Source: Puniceicoccaceae bacterium
Lineage (GTDB): Bacteria; Verrucomicrobiota; Verrucomicrobiia; Opitutales; Oceanipulchritudinaceae
Assembly: GCA_040830765.1 (NCBI GenBank)
Contig: JBFOMH010000002.1
Location: 1 to 64,000 of the forward strand
Direction: 5' to 3'
DNA length: 64,000 nucleotides
The notes under the pieces: model-generated
Seen by the model: the letters and a program-made list of their open reading frames with translations, nothing else
What the model was told of the DNA's origin: nothing
Databases searched by the model: none
Position numbers and translations under genes: made by a program
Part shown: piece by piece, positions 29,227 through 38,680 of the stretch
Numbering within the stretch: the first letter of the stretch is position 1
How the letters are laid out: every line of letters begins with the position of its first letter

Positions 29227-29979
29227 CTATATGAGAATGTTGGTGATGAAGTAATCAAAGATAAGGATGAAGATGATGCAGACCACGACCGCACGGGTCA
29301 CGGCAGCACCAATCTCCCGCGGCCCGCCGGAGGTCCGCAAGCCGATGTGGCTGGCAATCAGCACGATTCCAATGCCAAAAAGCTGCGTCTTGACGAGGCC
29401 GTCGGTAACATCGCCGAGGTCCATGAAGGAACGGAGCGAGTTGTAGTAGGCCTGGGAGCTGAGGTCGATCCAGGGAACAAACTGGCAAACCAGCTGGCCG
29501 CCCATCCATCCCGTGACAACCGAGACCATCAAGAGGATTGGCATGACGAGGAAAATCGCCGCCAGGCGCGGCATGACAAGAAAACGCTCCGGCGGAATGT
29601 TCATCGTCTTCAGGGCATCCACCTCCTGGTAGACCTTCATGGAGGCCAGCTCGGCAGTGACCGCCGATCCGACCCTACCGGTGACCATGACGGCTGTCAT
29701 GACGGGTGAAAGTTCCCGCACCATGGAGAGGCCGACAATAGTCCCGATGTACTGCTTGGCCCCGAAATCAAGAATGCTGTAACCAATCTGCAAGGCCAGG
29801 ACTCCCCCGATGAAGACACTCAGGATGGCCACCAGCGGCACCGTGGCATAGCCCATAAAGAGGCATTGGTCGATCAGTTGTTTCCAATGGCGTGGCAATT
29901 GCGGCAAATAGCCAAGGGTGCGGATAGCCATCTGCACACCCGAGCCAATCCATTCAAAAAAGTCCTTCAGCGCGTTCAT
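29227..29979 (-). CDS. mlaE: MlaE-type ABC permease
   Basis: VRELSPV, GRVGSAVTAELASMKV, EVDAL, VMPR. Confidence 0.92.
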   Translation of the reverse strand: MNALKDFFEWIGSGVQMAIRTLGYLPQLPRHWKQLIDQCLFMGYATVPLVAILSVFIGGVLALQIGYSILDFGAKQYIGTIVGLSMVRELSPVMTAVMVTGRVGSAVTAELASMKVYQEVDALKTMNIPPERFLVMPRLAAIFLVMPILLMVSVVTGWMGGQLVCQFVPWIDLSSQAYYNSLRSFMDLGDVTDGLVKTQLFGIGIVLIASHIGLRTSGGPREIGAAVTRAVVVCIIFILIFDYFITNILI

Positions 29980-30038
29980 ATGCCGGATTCCTCTGTAATA
30001 AACTTTTTCATAGGTCGTGTCCGTTCCTTTCGCAAACC

Positions 30039-31445
30039 TTATCCCTTTTTCCAGAAGAAGCGGGTCCGCTTGCCACCGTCTTCATTTGTTCTCCGGATCA
30101 AGCCCCGGAGCAGTTCCCATTGACCGCCCGCTTCCCACTGGAAGAGCGGGCCAAGATAAAATCCCTGCGTGCCCGTGTAGTCCTTCTCCCAGACGATAAA
30201 GTCCCAGAGGAGCGAATGGCGCCGGTTGCCCGAGCGTTCATCATAGCGGTAAAGCGTAAAGAGGGGTGTCCAGTTTTCCCGCACCTTCTCGTTCCTGGGA
30301 AAAAAGGCGGTCAGGGGATCAAGCACCTGCAGCTGCTTGTGCCCGGTCCCATTGTTGTAATAGCCGTAAAGCGGCCACAGGGTCGACTTGCGGGCTGTGG
30401 CATCGGCAAAGATCAGTTTCTCCTCGCGGTAGAGAAAGTAGAGGATGGAGGTCCGGTCACGGATATAGCCCGGTTCCTGGATGGTCTTGCGCTTCAGGAA
30501 GGGCCAGAGGTACCAGCGCTTGTCGACGTTCTGTTTTGTCTCATGCGTGTAGAAGGGCATCCAGCGGTTGACGGTTCGCTTTTCGCCGTCGGCCTGCACA
30601 AAAAACGGCCAGAAGTAGCGATTTTCCCAATACTCCTTGCGGGGAGCGGCTTCCCGGGTATAGCCGAAGAAGGGCCAGGCCCAAGTTTCACTCTTCAGGC
30701 CGGCGGCAGTTTCCCGGGTGTAGAAGGGAAGAACCCCGAACCGCTGGTAGGGAACTTCCTTCTCCAGGTCAAAGTACTCGTTGTAGTAAAAGGGCCAGAG
30801 GGCGTAGGTCTTGTCGTAGTCCCCTTCCCTCTCGAAGTGGCCATAGAAGGGCCAGAACCCGAATCCGCTACTCTTGGGACCGCTGAGTCGCTGGATGAAG
30901 GGATAAGGGGTATGGGTGCGGATCTCGTCATCCCTGACCGTGCGCACATAGAGCGGCCAGGCATAGAACTTGATTTCATCCCGCCACAACTTGTTTTTAA
31001 CGGTCCCGGCAAAGGGCCAGAAGGCAAGGTAGTCCTGCTCCGGGTCACCGGTCTTGTTGTGGAAGTAGAATGGAAAGACGTGGGTGTAGGAATTGTCGGT
31101 GGAATCGAAATCACGCGACTGGACAAGGCGGAATCCGCCCCGGTCGTTGACTTCCCCCTGGTCCCGCCAATGCACCAGGGGATAGAGAAGGTATGAACTG
31201 CGGTTGCCGGTTTCCTGATCCAGGAATGAGGTGTAGAAGGGGCGGAAACTGAATATCTGCAGGGAATCCCGCTCGGTCTCGGAAATAAAGGGACCGAGGC
31301 TGTTAATCTGGTCCGGGCGCCCAACTGCGGAATCCGTCTTCTTGACATAGAGCGGCCAGAGATTGTCTTCCGTGGCACTCGCAGCGAGCGATGCGGAAGC
31401 CATGATCACGCCCAGCAGGACAAACTGTAGACTCCTCCAACCCAT
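30039..31445 (-). CDS. Secreted hypothetical protein with about 20 aromatic-Pro (WPFY-like) repeats
   Basis: Signal peptide; LWPLY, FRPFY, FWPFY, LWPFY and similar units recurring every ~17-22 aa. Confidence 0.8.
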   Translation of the reverse strand: MGWRSLQFVLLGVIMASASLAASATEDNLWPLYVKKTDSAVGRPDQINSLGPFISETERDSLQIFSFRPFYTSFLDQETGNRSSYLLYPLVHWRDQGEVNDRGGFRLVQSRDFDSTDNSYTHVFPFYFHNKTGDPEQDYLAFWPFAGTVKNKLWRDEIKFYAWPLYVRTVRDDEIRTHTPYPFIQRLSGPKSSGFGFWPFYGHFEREGDYDKTYALWPFYYNEYFDLEKEVPYQRFGVLPFYTRETAAGLKSETWAWPFFGYTREAAPRKEYWENRYFWPFFVQADGEKRTVNRWMPFYTHETKQNVDKRWYLWPFLKRKTIQEPGYIRDRTSILYFLYREEKLIFADATARKSTLWPLYGYYNNGTGHKQLQVLDPLTAFFPRNEKVRENWTPLFTLYRYDERSGNRRHSLLWDFIVWEKDYTGTQGFYLGPLFQWEAGGQWELLRGLIRRTNEDGGKRTRFFWKKG

Positions 31446-31569
31446 TCTCGTTTAGTAAAGCACCTTAATGACTAAACAAACGCGGTTCGGAGGGAACCAT
31501 AAAATTTCAAAAAGCCGGTAAATTTTCTCCATGCTTGCCTGCGGTAAGGCCATGGCCATTCTCTGCCTC

Positions 31570-32127
31570 ATGCGTATCACGGGAGGACAGGCCCGCGGCA
31601 TTCCATTGACCACCGGCAAGGGCAAGCATGTCCGGCCGGCAACCGACCGCATGCGCGAAGCGGTATTTTCCAGCCTTGGCCAACGAATCAACGAAGCCCG
31701 CTTCCTTGATCTCTTTGCCGGCTCCGGCAGCTACGGGCTGGAGGCCTTGTCCCGTGGGGCCAGTGGAGGCATCTTTGTGGAGAAACATCCCCAGGCGGTC
31801 GCTGCCCTGCAACAAAACCTGCAGGCAGTGCTCAAGAGCCTGGGTAATCCGGGGGACACATCGGTCAAGGTGACCCGCCTGGACGTGATGCGCTTCGCAT
31901 CGGAGCAAACCTTTGACCTCATCTTCATGGACCCGCCCTACGAGCTAGCCCGGACACATGGCAGCCAATTGGTGGAAAAGGCCGCAGCGGTGCTGGCTTC
32001 GGACGGGATACTGGTTTATGAATTGCCGGGCGACCTCGAACTACCTGCCGGTAATTGGACCTGCCTCCGCCGTATCGGGAAATCCGGTACCAACGAACCG
32101 AGTACAGCAATCTTGACCAGGGATTGA
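31570..32127 (+). CDS. rsmD: 16S rRNA m2G966 methyltransferase
   Basis: MRITGG, RPATDRMREAVF, LDLFAGSG, EALSRGA, DPPY. Confidence 0.93.
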   Translation: MRITGGQARGIPLTTGKGKHVRPATDRMREAVFSSLGQRINEARFLDLFAGSGSYGLEALSRGASGGIFVEKHPQAVAALQQNLQAVLKSLGNPGDTSVKVTRLDVMRFASEQTFDLIFMDPPYELARTHGSQLVEKAAAVLASDGILVYELPGDLELPAGNWTCLRRIGKSGTNEPSTAILTRD

Positions 32128-32131
32128 ATCG

Positions 32132-32851
32132 TCAAATCAAGCCCAGCTGCGCCAAGACCAGGGTCAGGGCGACAGTTACCGCTGTCTCGACCCGCAGGAC
32201 CCGTTCGCCAAGAGAAACCAATTCGAAACCGGCATTGCGAAAAGCCTCCCGATCATGCTTGTTCCAGCCCCGCTCTGGGCCGATGGCCAGGCACACTGGT
32301 TGTCCGCTCAGGCATTCAGATGCACTGAGGGGTGTGGTCCCCTCATAGACATCGAGTGCCATGCCCTTTGACGATACCGGCAAGGCTGCCAGACCACTTG
32401 TGATCGAATCGGCAACCTCGACCGCGGGCAAATAGGTATCGAACGCCTGTTCAACCCCCTCGAGTAAAATCTTCCGCCACTCACCGCTCTTCCAAAGACT
32501 GGATTGGCCATAGGCCGGGTCGGAGCGCCCGCAGGAGGCAAAGGTGATCGACCGCACTCCCAGCGTCGGGACGGTGGCGAGGATCTTCCGCGCCGTCGCC
32601 GGTCGGCACATGCCAACCAGAAGATGGATATCCGGAGGCAGTGGAGGTCGCTCTCCCCATTCCATCGAAAGCTGCATCCGCTCCGGACCCAGCTCCCTGA
32701 TCGTGGCCTTCCCCACCGGCCCGTTGACGACACCCACATCAAATGAATCGCCGACCTTCATCCGCAGGACCCCCCGGACATGCTCCAACCGCGGATCGCT
32801 GGCAGCCAGTTCACACCGGGCATCCTGACTTTCAAATAATATACGATTCAT
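32132..32851 (-). CDS. rsmE: Second RsmE-family SPOUT methyltransferase
   Basis: HVRGVLR, EQAFDT, IGPERGW, LGERVLRVETA. Confidence 0.85.
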   Translation of the reverse strand: MNRILFESQDARCELAASDPRLEHVRGVLRMKVGDSFDVGVVNGPVGKATIRELGPERMQLSMEWGERPPLPPDIHLLVGMCRPATARKILATVPTLGVRSITFASCGRSDPAYGQSSLWKSGEWRKILLEGVEQAFDTYLPAVEVADSITSGLAALPVSSKGMALDVYEGTTPLSASECLSGQPVCLAIGPERGWNKHDREAFRNAGFELVSLGERVLRVETAVTVALTLVLAQLGLI

Positions 32852-32874
32852 TTTGCGTTGCTCGACTCCCCCAC

Positions 32875-32950
32875 AATCCCAAATTAAATCTTAGCCTTAG
32901 TCGTAATCCTAATCTTAATCCACCCCAATCTTAGACTTAATCTTAATCCC
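32875..32950. repeat. Degenerate hexamer array (AATCTT/AGCCTT/AATCCT)
   Basis: aaatcttagccttagtcgtaatcctaatcttaatcc...aatcttagacttaatcttaatcc. Confidence 0.8.
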
Positions 32951-32953
32951 CTC

Positions 32954-33436
32954 ATGGCCACCCAAACCTCCGTCCTCTTTGTCTGCATGGGCAATATCTG
33001 CCGTTCGCCCTCCGCCGAGGCTGTCTTCAAGGCACTGGTCGAGGAGCGCGGCCTGTCTGATACGATCGCTTGCGATTCAGCCGGGACCATCGGATTCCAT
33101 GCCGGCCAGCCAGCCGACCATCGCATGCGACAGACAGCCGAAAAGCGGGGCTACCGGCTTGAGAGCATCTCCCGCCAGGTCCGGCCGGACGACTTCGAGC
33201 GCTTCGACCATATCATCGCCATGGACCTTGAAAACCTGGACGGCTTGCGTCCGTTCAACCCCAATGGCACCGGCAAGGCCAAGGTCAGCCTGATGTGTGA
33301 TTACGCCCGCGAGCATGATCTCCGGGAAGTTCCGGATCCCTACTATGGCGGACAGCAGGGATTCGAACTGGTCCTCGACCTGCTCGAGGATGCCTGTGCC
33401 GGACTACTGGATGATTTGGCGAAAGAGCCCGCCTGA
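32954..33436 (+). CDS. Low-molecular-weight protein tyrosine phosphatase
   Basis: FVCMGNICRS P-loop, DSAGT, VPDPYYG. Confidence 0.95.
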   Translation: MATQTSVLFVCMGNICRSPSAEAVFKALVEERGLSDTIACDSAGTIGFHAGQPADHRMRQTAEKRGYRLESISRQVRPDDFERFDHIIAMDLENLDGLRPFNPNGTGKAKVSLMCDYAREHDLREVPDPYYGGQQGFELVLDLLEDACAGLLDDLAKEPA

Positions 33437-34927
33437 TCAGTCTTTCAAAATCCAGCTGGGATCGTGGATGACAAACTGGAACTGGCCCCGGTAGGTCTCC
33501 AGCGTGGCATAGGTCGTTATACCATCCCCAACGGAACGCTCATCCAGCTTGTTGCGCAACTCCCGCATGGGGGCATAGATCTGCATTTCCAGGTCACCAA
33601 TCCGAACCTTGGCCGGACGCTCGGAAACAAGGACTGTATCCAGCCGGAATAGCTCTCCCAGCAGCGTGGCGCGATCGCGCTCCCCGAGGTTGGCCAGCCC
33701 TTCGGCATCGGGCACGGCCCGGCGATCCCTTAACCGGAAGTCCATGCGCGGTCGGTCATCCGTAAAGGCCTCCCTGGTCGGATTTTCCAGTGACATCCAG
33801 CCGTCGGTATCCTCGTCAAGGACACGGAAGCGGGCCACCAGGGGCAAGTGGTCGGAAAAACCGACCCCGCCGCCAACATTGTTCCAGCGCATGGGCCGGC
33901 CCCAGCGGGCATCGACATTCTCGCCCGGAAGGGTCAGGCGATCAAAACTGTTATCAACATACTGGATGCCCCGGTTGTCATAGAGGCCGGGTGCAAGTAG
34001 GATTTGCATCAAGGTTCCCCAATAGCCACGGTAGACTTCCGAACCACGCTCCTCTTCGGGTAACTCAAACCACAAATTGTAGAGCCCGTCAGCGTCGGGG
34101 CCGGCCATCCGTTTTTCGTTTCCATGCGTTGGCAGGATGTCATTGACGCCGGTCTCCTCAAACCGGTCAGCAAAGACGGCCTTGTGGTTGTAGTAGCAAT
34201 TGAGATCCCCGGCGATGATGACATCGGCATCCGGATCATCGAGGAGAATGGACTCCAGCTCGGCCCGGACAACGAGCGCATTCTGCACGCGTATGGGCTC
34301 GGTATCCGCATTGGAGGCACCGGATTTCCAATGGTTGTTGAGGACGATGAAGGTCCGGCCATCGACATCGAGACCGACCACCTGCAGGTCCCGGGCATCG
34401 TGAAGGTCCCGCTGCCTGACAAACTTGATTGGAAAACGGCTGAAAACGACATTGTTGTGCGGGGTGTGGTCCGCCATTTGGAAGCTGTCCGGCTTGGCGA
34501 CATGGTAACCGGTCAAGCCATGGTCCTCCAGGTGCTTGAGCATCAACAATTCCACCGGAAGCGCTGCCACCCAGCGCTCTTCCAAAAGCAACTCTTCCAG
34601 CGATCGACCTTGGGTCATGGCCAGGAATGCCTCCGGCGTGGGGCTTCCCAGGGGAGTCAAATCCAGTTCAAATTCCTGAAAGAGGATGACTTCCGGTCCC
34701 TTGCCCTCATTAACCGCCTCCAGCGCTCGCCGGATATTGGCCATTTTGTTGACCATTTGCTCCGGTCCATAGTGCCCCTCAGGGGGTTGCCGGTAATCCT
34801 CAAAACGTGAAACCCCGTCGATATCAAAAAGGTTTTCCACGTTATAGACCATGACCGTAAATTCGCGGCCAAAGAGGTTTCCACACAGTGCCAGGGAGGC
34901 GATCAGGATAGGAACGAACCGATTCAT
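33437..34927 (-). CDS. Exported endonuclease/exonuclease/phosphatase family protein, possible C-terminal OB fold
   Basis: Signal peptide; YNVENLFD, FQE, NHWKS, GDLN, FSDHLP. Confidence 0.85.
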   Translation of the reverse strand: MNRFVPILIASLALCGNLFGREFTVMVYNVENLFDIDGVSRFEDYRQPPEGHYGPEQMVNKMANIRRALEAVNEGKGPEVILFQEFELDLTPLGSPTPEAFLAMTQGRSLEELLLEERWVAALPVELLMLKHLEDHGLTGYHVAKPDSFQMADHTPHNNVVFSRFPIKFVRQRDLHDARDLQVVGLDVDGRTFIVLNNHWKSGASNADTEPIRVQNALVVRAELESILLDDPDADVIIAGDLNCYYNHKAVFADRFEETGVNDILPTHGNEKRMAGPDADGLYNLWFELPEEERGSEVYRGYWGTLMQILLAPGLYDNRGIQYVDNSFDRLTLPGENVDARWGRPMRWNNVGGGVGFSDHLPLVARFRVLDEDTDGWMSLENPTREAFTDDRPRMDFRLRDRRAVPDAEGLANLGERDRATLLGELFRLDTVLVSERPAKVRIGDLEMQIYAPMRELRNKLDERSVGDGITTYATLETYRGQFQFVIHDPSWILKD

Positions 34928-34980
34928 ACCTTTTTTCCTTATCCTTTCAGGGAAATTCAGCAACACTTTAGGAACGATTC

Positions 34981-35856
34981 GTGAGTGCCTTAACCCAAGC
35001 CATTGAAACCTGCATCACCGAAATAACCGGCACAGCCTTCGCAGTGGCCGGACAACAGAACCTTGGCGGCGGATGCATCAATGAAGCTTCTTGCCTGACC
35101 GGAAAAGACGGTCGGTCCTTTTTCATCAAGCAGAATACCCAGCAGATGCTGCCGGCATTCGAGGCAGAGGCCCACGCCCTCGACGCCATGTTGAAGACCG
35201 AAACCATCCGTGTACCGGCGCCGGTTGGGACCTGTCATGCGGATGGACAGGCCGCCCTCGTCCTTGAATACCTGGCCATGGGCAACGGCCGCAGTGGTAA
35301 CTGGGAGACAATGGGGCGCCAGCTGGCCCGGATGCACCGCCACGTTGCCGAGAACCATGGCTGGCCGCACGACAATTGGATTGGTTCCAGCCCGCAAATC
35401 AACACGCCCGGACCGGACGGTGTCCGCTTCCTTGCGGAATGCCGCCTTGGACCGCAGGTGGAATGGGCACGAAAAAGGGGATTGGCGTTGCGGAATGCTG
35501 AAGCCCTGATGGAACGCCTGCCGGATCTGCATGGCGACTATGTCCCCCAGCCCTCTCTCCTCCACGGGGACCTGTGGGCCGGAAATGCGGGCTTCCTCGA
35601 TGATGGGACGCCGGTCATTTTTGACCCCGCGGCCTACTACGGTGACCGAGAGGCAGATATTGCCATGACCGAAATGTTCGGAGGTTACAGCCCCGCCTTT
35701 TATGATGGCTACAACGCTGAGTGGCCATTGGATTCGGGTTACCGTATCCGCAAACAGCTCCACCTGCTCTATCATACACTGAACCACTACAACTTGTTCG
35801 GTGGCGGATACGGATCCCAGGCCGAGGCTCTCATCGCCAGCCTCCTCCGGTCGTAA
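34981..35856 (+). CDS. Fructosamine kinase family protein
   Basis: GGGCIN, FFIK, LLHGDLWAGN, FDPAAYYGDREADIAM. Confidence 0.92.
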   Translation: MSALTQAIETCITEITGTAFAVAGQQNLGGGCINEASCLTGKDGRSFFIKQNTQQMLPAFEAEAHALDAMLKTETIRVPAPVGTCHADGQAALVLEYLAMGNGRSGNWETMGRQLARMHRHVAENHGWPHDNWIGSSPQINTPGPDGVRFLAECRLGPQVEWARKRGLALRNAEALMERLPDLHGDYVPQPSLLHGDLWAGNAGFLDDGTPVIFDPAAYYGDREADIAMTEMFGGYSPAFYDGYNAEWPLDSGYRIRKQLHLLYHTLNHYNLFGGGYGSQAEALIASLLRS

Positions 35857-35857
35857 A

Positions 35858-35893
35858 TTTAAAAGGGCGCCTCCCCTTGCGGAAAGGCGCCCT
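35858..35893 (-). terminator. Intrinsic terminator, possibly bidirectional
   Basis: AGGGCGCCT/AGGCGCCCT stem with U-rich tail on the minus strand. Confidence 0.7.
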
Positions 35894-35915
35894 CGTTATT
35901 TTCTATTTAAGCCAC

Positions 35916-36056
35916 CTAGCGCAGCACGCCTGTCAGGGCGGATGACCCGAAGCGCGGATAGGCGCGGAAGGTATCCAGACGCTCCGAAAGCGGAGCGGAC
36001 CTGCGGCCACGACGGGGACGAATCCCCTTAGGTGTGATTTTAGTTGTGTTGCTCAT
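35916..36056 (-). CDS. Putative 46-aa basic peptide (or structured RNA)
   Basis: MSNTTKITPKGIRPRRGRRSAPLSERLDTFRAYPRFGSSALTGVLR; A/C-rich leader, own promoter and terminator. Confidence 0.45.
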   Translation of the reverse strand: MSNTTKITPKGIRPRRGRRSAPLSERLDTFRAYPRFGSSALTGVLR

Positions 36057-36140
36057 GGTTTGTTCTTCGTTTGTGACGCCTCCTGACGGAGTCGCCGCGT
36101 TGAAAGGGATGAACAACTGTATGATAAAAGAACGAGGCGA

Positions 36141-36169
36141 AATATTCCCGAAATTTGTCGGGGCGTCAA
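36141..36169 (-). promoter_or_regulatory. Candidate promoter of the small transcription unit
   Basis: TTGACG-N17-AATATT; inverted repeat ATTCCCGAA/TTCGGGAAT around the -35. Confidence 0.45.
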
Positions 36170-36234
36170 GTTCGGGAATGTAATAAAACGGTGAACTTGA
36201 GCCGGGCCCGTCACGGGCGGGGGAAGGCTATTTC

Positions 36235-37320
36235 CTAGCGGACGGTCGACCAGAGGTCCGCCACGAGGTCTTCGGTTACGGTATCCACTGTAACGGCATT
36301 TCCGATACGTTCGAGGGCGATGTAACGCAACTGTCCGGCCCGGGCTTTCTTGTCCTTGCGGGCGGCAGCCAGTAGCTCCTCAACGGCCAACGGCTCGCTG
36401 AGCCGGACTGGCAGGCCGTACCTTTCGAGCAGGCGGATAGTCCGGTCAGCGACCTCTGCCTCGACCATCTCCAACTTCCCGGAAAGGCGGCAGGCCAGCA
36501 CGAGGCCGATGGCAATGGCCTCACCGTGGAGGTAAGTCCCGTAACCGGCAACCGCCTCAATGGCGTGACCAAAAGTGTGTCCTAAATTCAACAGGGCGCG
36601 TCCACCGGACTTCGATTGCTCCTTTTCATCTGCGCTGACAACCCCGGCCTTGATGGCACAGTTCCGCCGGATGATGGCTGGAAGGTTGTCGCTATCGGGC
36701 TGCAGGCGCTCCCCTTTTTCAAGGTCCGCAAACAAGGTCTCGTCCGCGAGCAATCCATGCTTGATGACTTCCGCCATGCCGGCGCTGAATTCCCGTGGCG
36801 GGAGCGTCTTCAGGGTATCGAGGTCGGCAAAAACGGTCAGGGGCTGGTGAAAGGCCCCGACGAGGTTCTTGCCGCAGGCAAGGTTGATCCCGGTCTTGCC
36901 CCCGACGGAGCTGTCGACCATGGCCAGCAGGGTTGTCGGGACCTGGTAAAAGCCAATACCCCGAAAAAAGGAGGCTGCGGCGAATCCACCGAGGTCCCCG
37001 ATAACCCCGCCACCGACGGCAAAGAGGCGACCTCCCCGATCCAGTCCGGAAGCGGCAAGAAAATCACAGCACTTTTCCAGATGTGAAAATGCTTTTGTCG
37101 ATTCCCCGGCCGGGAGGACAAGGCGCGGCAAGTCGCCGAAGGCAGCATCGAGGAAAGCGGCCTGTGCGGTGGCGACATGTTGGTCGGTGATGACCGCCAG
37201 CCGCCGGCCCTCCGCCTGATCGGCGGCAACCTGTGCGGCCAGCTCAGCTGCCATGTCGCGTCCAATCCGGATGGGATAGGAGCGCTGGCCGAGGGAAACA
37301 TCTATCGATTCCAGGATCAT
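36235..37320 (-). CDS. aroB: 3-dehydroquinate synthase
   Basis: GGGVIGDLGGF, PTTLLAMVDSSVGGKT, LNLGHTFGHA, HGEA. Confidence 0.96.
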   Translation of the reverse strand: MILESIDVSLGQRSYPIRIGRDMAAELAAQVAADQAEGRRLAVITDQHVATAQAAFLDAAFGDLPRLVLPAGESTKAFSHLEKCCDFLAASGLDRGGRLFAVGGGVIGDLGGFAAASFFRGIGFYQVPTTLLAMVDSSVGGKTGINLACGKNLVGAFHQPLTVFADLDTLKTLPPREFSAGMAEVIKHGLLADETLFADLEKGERLQPDSDNLPAIIRRNCAIKAGVVSADEKEQSKSGGRALLNLGHTFGHAIEAVAGYGTYLHGEAIAIGLVLACRLSGKLEMVEAEVADRTIRLLERYGLPVRLSEPLAVEELLAAARKDKKARAGQLRYIALERIGNAVTVDTVTEDLVADLWSTVR

Positions 37321-37322
37321 CT

Positions 37323-38252
37323 TCAGTCTTCCAGTCCAAATAGTGCGTGCGTGTAGTGATGTATCGAGAACGGTTGCAGGTCCTCGGGCGATTCACCCAG
37401 CCCAACAAAAAATATCGGTAATTTCAACTCCCGGTAGATCCCCACGAGGGCTCCTCCCCGGCTCGTTCCATCCAGTTTGGTGACGATGATCCCCGTCAGC
37501 CCGAACGCTTCATGGAAAACCCGGGCCTGCTCGATGGAGTTGCTGCCGAGGCTGCCGTCGACGACCAGCCAGGCATGATGCGGGGCAAGGTCGTCATGCT
37601 TCTGCAGGACCCGGCGGATCTTCTGCAGTTCCTGCATCAGATTGGCCTTGTTGTGGAGCCGGCCGGCCGTGTCGAGAAGGAGGATATCCGCCCCGCGGCT
37701 CTTGGCCGCGGCATAGGCATCAAAGGCCACCGCGGCGGCATCGGCCCCGTGCTGGCTGGCTACCAGGTCAATATCCAGCCGTTCACACCAGGTCTTGATC
37801 TGTTCATTGGCGGCGGCCCGGAAGGTATCGCAGGCCCCGACGATGGTATTCAGGCCGTCGTTCTTGAAGAGATGGGCCAGCTTGGCAGCTGTCGTGGTTT
37901 TGCCACTACCATTAACCCCGATGAGGGCAATGACTTCCGGCTTGTTGGCCCCTGGGGTGAACCGTCCTTCCGACCCCTGGAGGGCCTCGTCAAGGACATG
38001 GGAACCAATACGGGCCGCCTCTTCCCCCTGGAGGTCCTTGTTCTTGCGCCAGGCCTCACGGATGGCATCCAGCACCTCCTCGGTCGTCTCCACCCCGAAG
38101 TCCGCCGTGTAGAGCGCCTCCTCCAGCTCATCAAGGGTCCCGGCATCAATGGTTTTACCGGCGAAGAGGCCGCCCACCTTGCCAAAGGCCTTGTAGAAAG
38201 TCGGAGTGGACCGCTTCAGGCCCTCCTTGAACTTACTGAAGAAGGATCTCAT
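37323..38252 (-). CDS. ftsY: SRP receptor GTPase
   Basis: GVNGSGKTTT, DTFRAAA, DTAGR, TKLDG. Confidence 0.96.
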   Translation of the reverse strand: MRSFFSKFKEGLKRSTPTFYKAFGKVGGLFAGKTIDAGTLDELEEALYTADFGVETTEEVLDAIREAWRKNKDLQGEEAARIGSHVLDEALQGSEGRFTPGANKPEVIALIGVNGSGKTTTAAKLAHLFKNDGLNTIVGACDTFRAAANEQIKTWCERLDIDLVASQHGADAAAVAFDAYAAAKSRGADILLLDTAGRLHNKANLMQELQKIRRVLQKHDDLAPHHAWLVVDGSLGSNSIEQARVFHEAFGLTGIIVTKLDGTSRGGALVGIYRELKLPIFFVGLGESPEDLQPFSIHHYTHALFGLED

Positions 38253-38680
38253 TTGGATGCTTCGCGCAAGGGCCGGTCCAGCGTCAGCTTGAACTGATCC
38301 AGAATGCCATTGATGAAGCGTTTGGCATCCGGGATGGAAAACTCCTTGGAAAGATCAATGGCCTCGTTGATGGAAACAATCGGAGGAATGTCCGTCCGCT
38401 TGAGCATCTCGTAAATGGCCAGACGCAGAATCGCAAGATCGACCTTGGCGATTCGGTCAAAATCCCAATTGCGGAGGTACTTGCGGATGACCTCGTCAAT
38501 TTCCTCAAGATGATGGATTACCCCGTGAATCAAGTCGTCCGCAAAGGCGTAATAATCCCGCGGCTGTTCCATCTCCTCATAGAAAAGACGCAGGGCGCCG
38601 GGCAAATCATCGGTAGTGTTGATCGACCACTGGTACAGAAACTGGATAGCGGCCACACGGTTGTCTCTGCGTCTGCTCAT
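38249..38680 (-). CDS. nusB: Transcription antitermination factor NusB
   Basis: RRRDNR N-terminus, ILRLAIYE, INEAIDLSK, FINGILD. Confidence 0.94.
   Translation of the reverse strand: MSRRRDNRVAAIQFLYQWSINTTDDLPGALRLFYEEMEQPRDYYAFADDLIHGVIHHLEEIDEVIRKYLRNWDFDRIAKVDLAILRLAIYEMLKRTDIPPIVSINEAIDLSKEFSIPDAKRFINGILDQFKLTLDRPLREASK

Noticed and set aside
35900..36130. SRP RNA or tmRNA near ftsY
   Set aside because: No SRP domain IV motif (CAGG...GGAA...AGCAG) and no tRNA-like ends found by eye.
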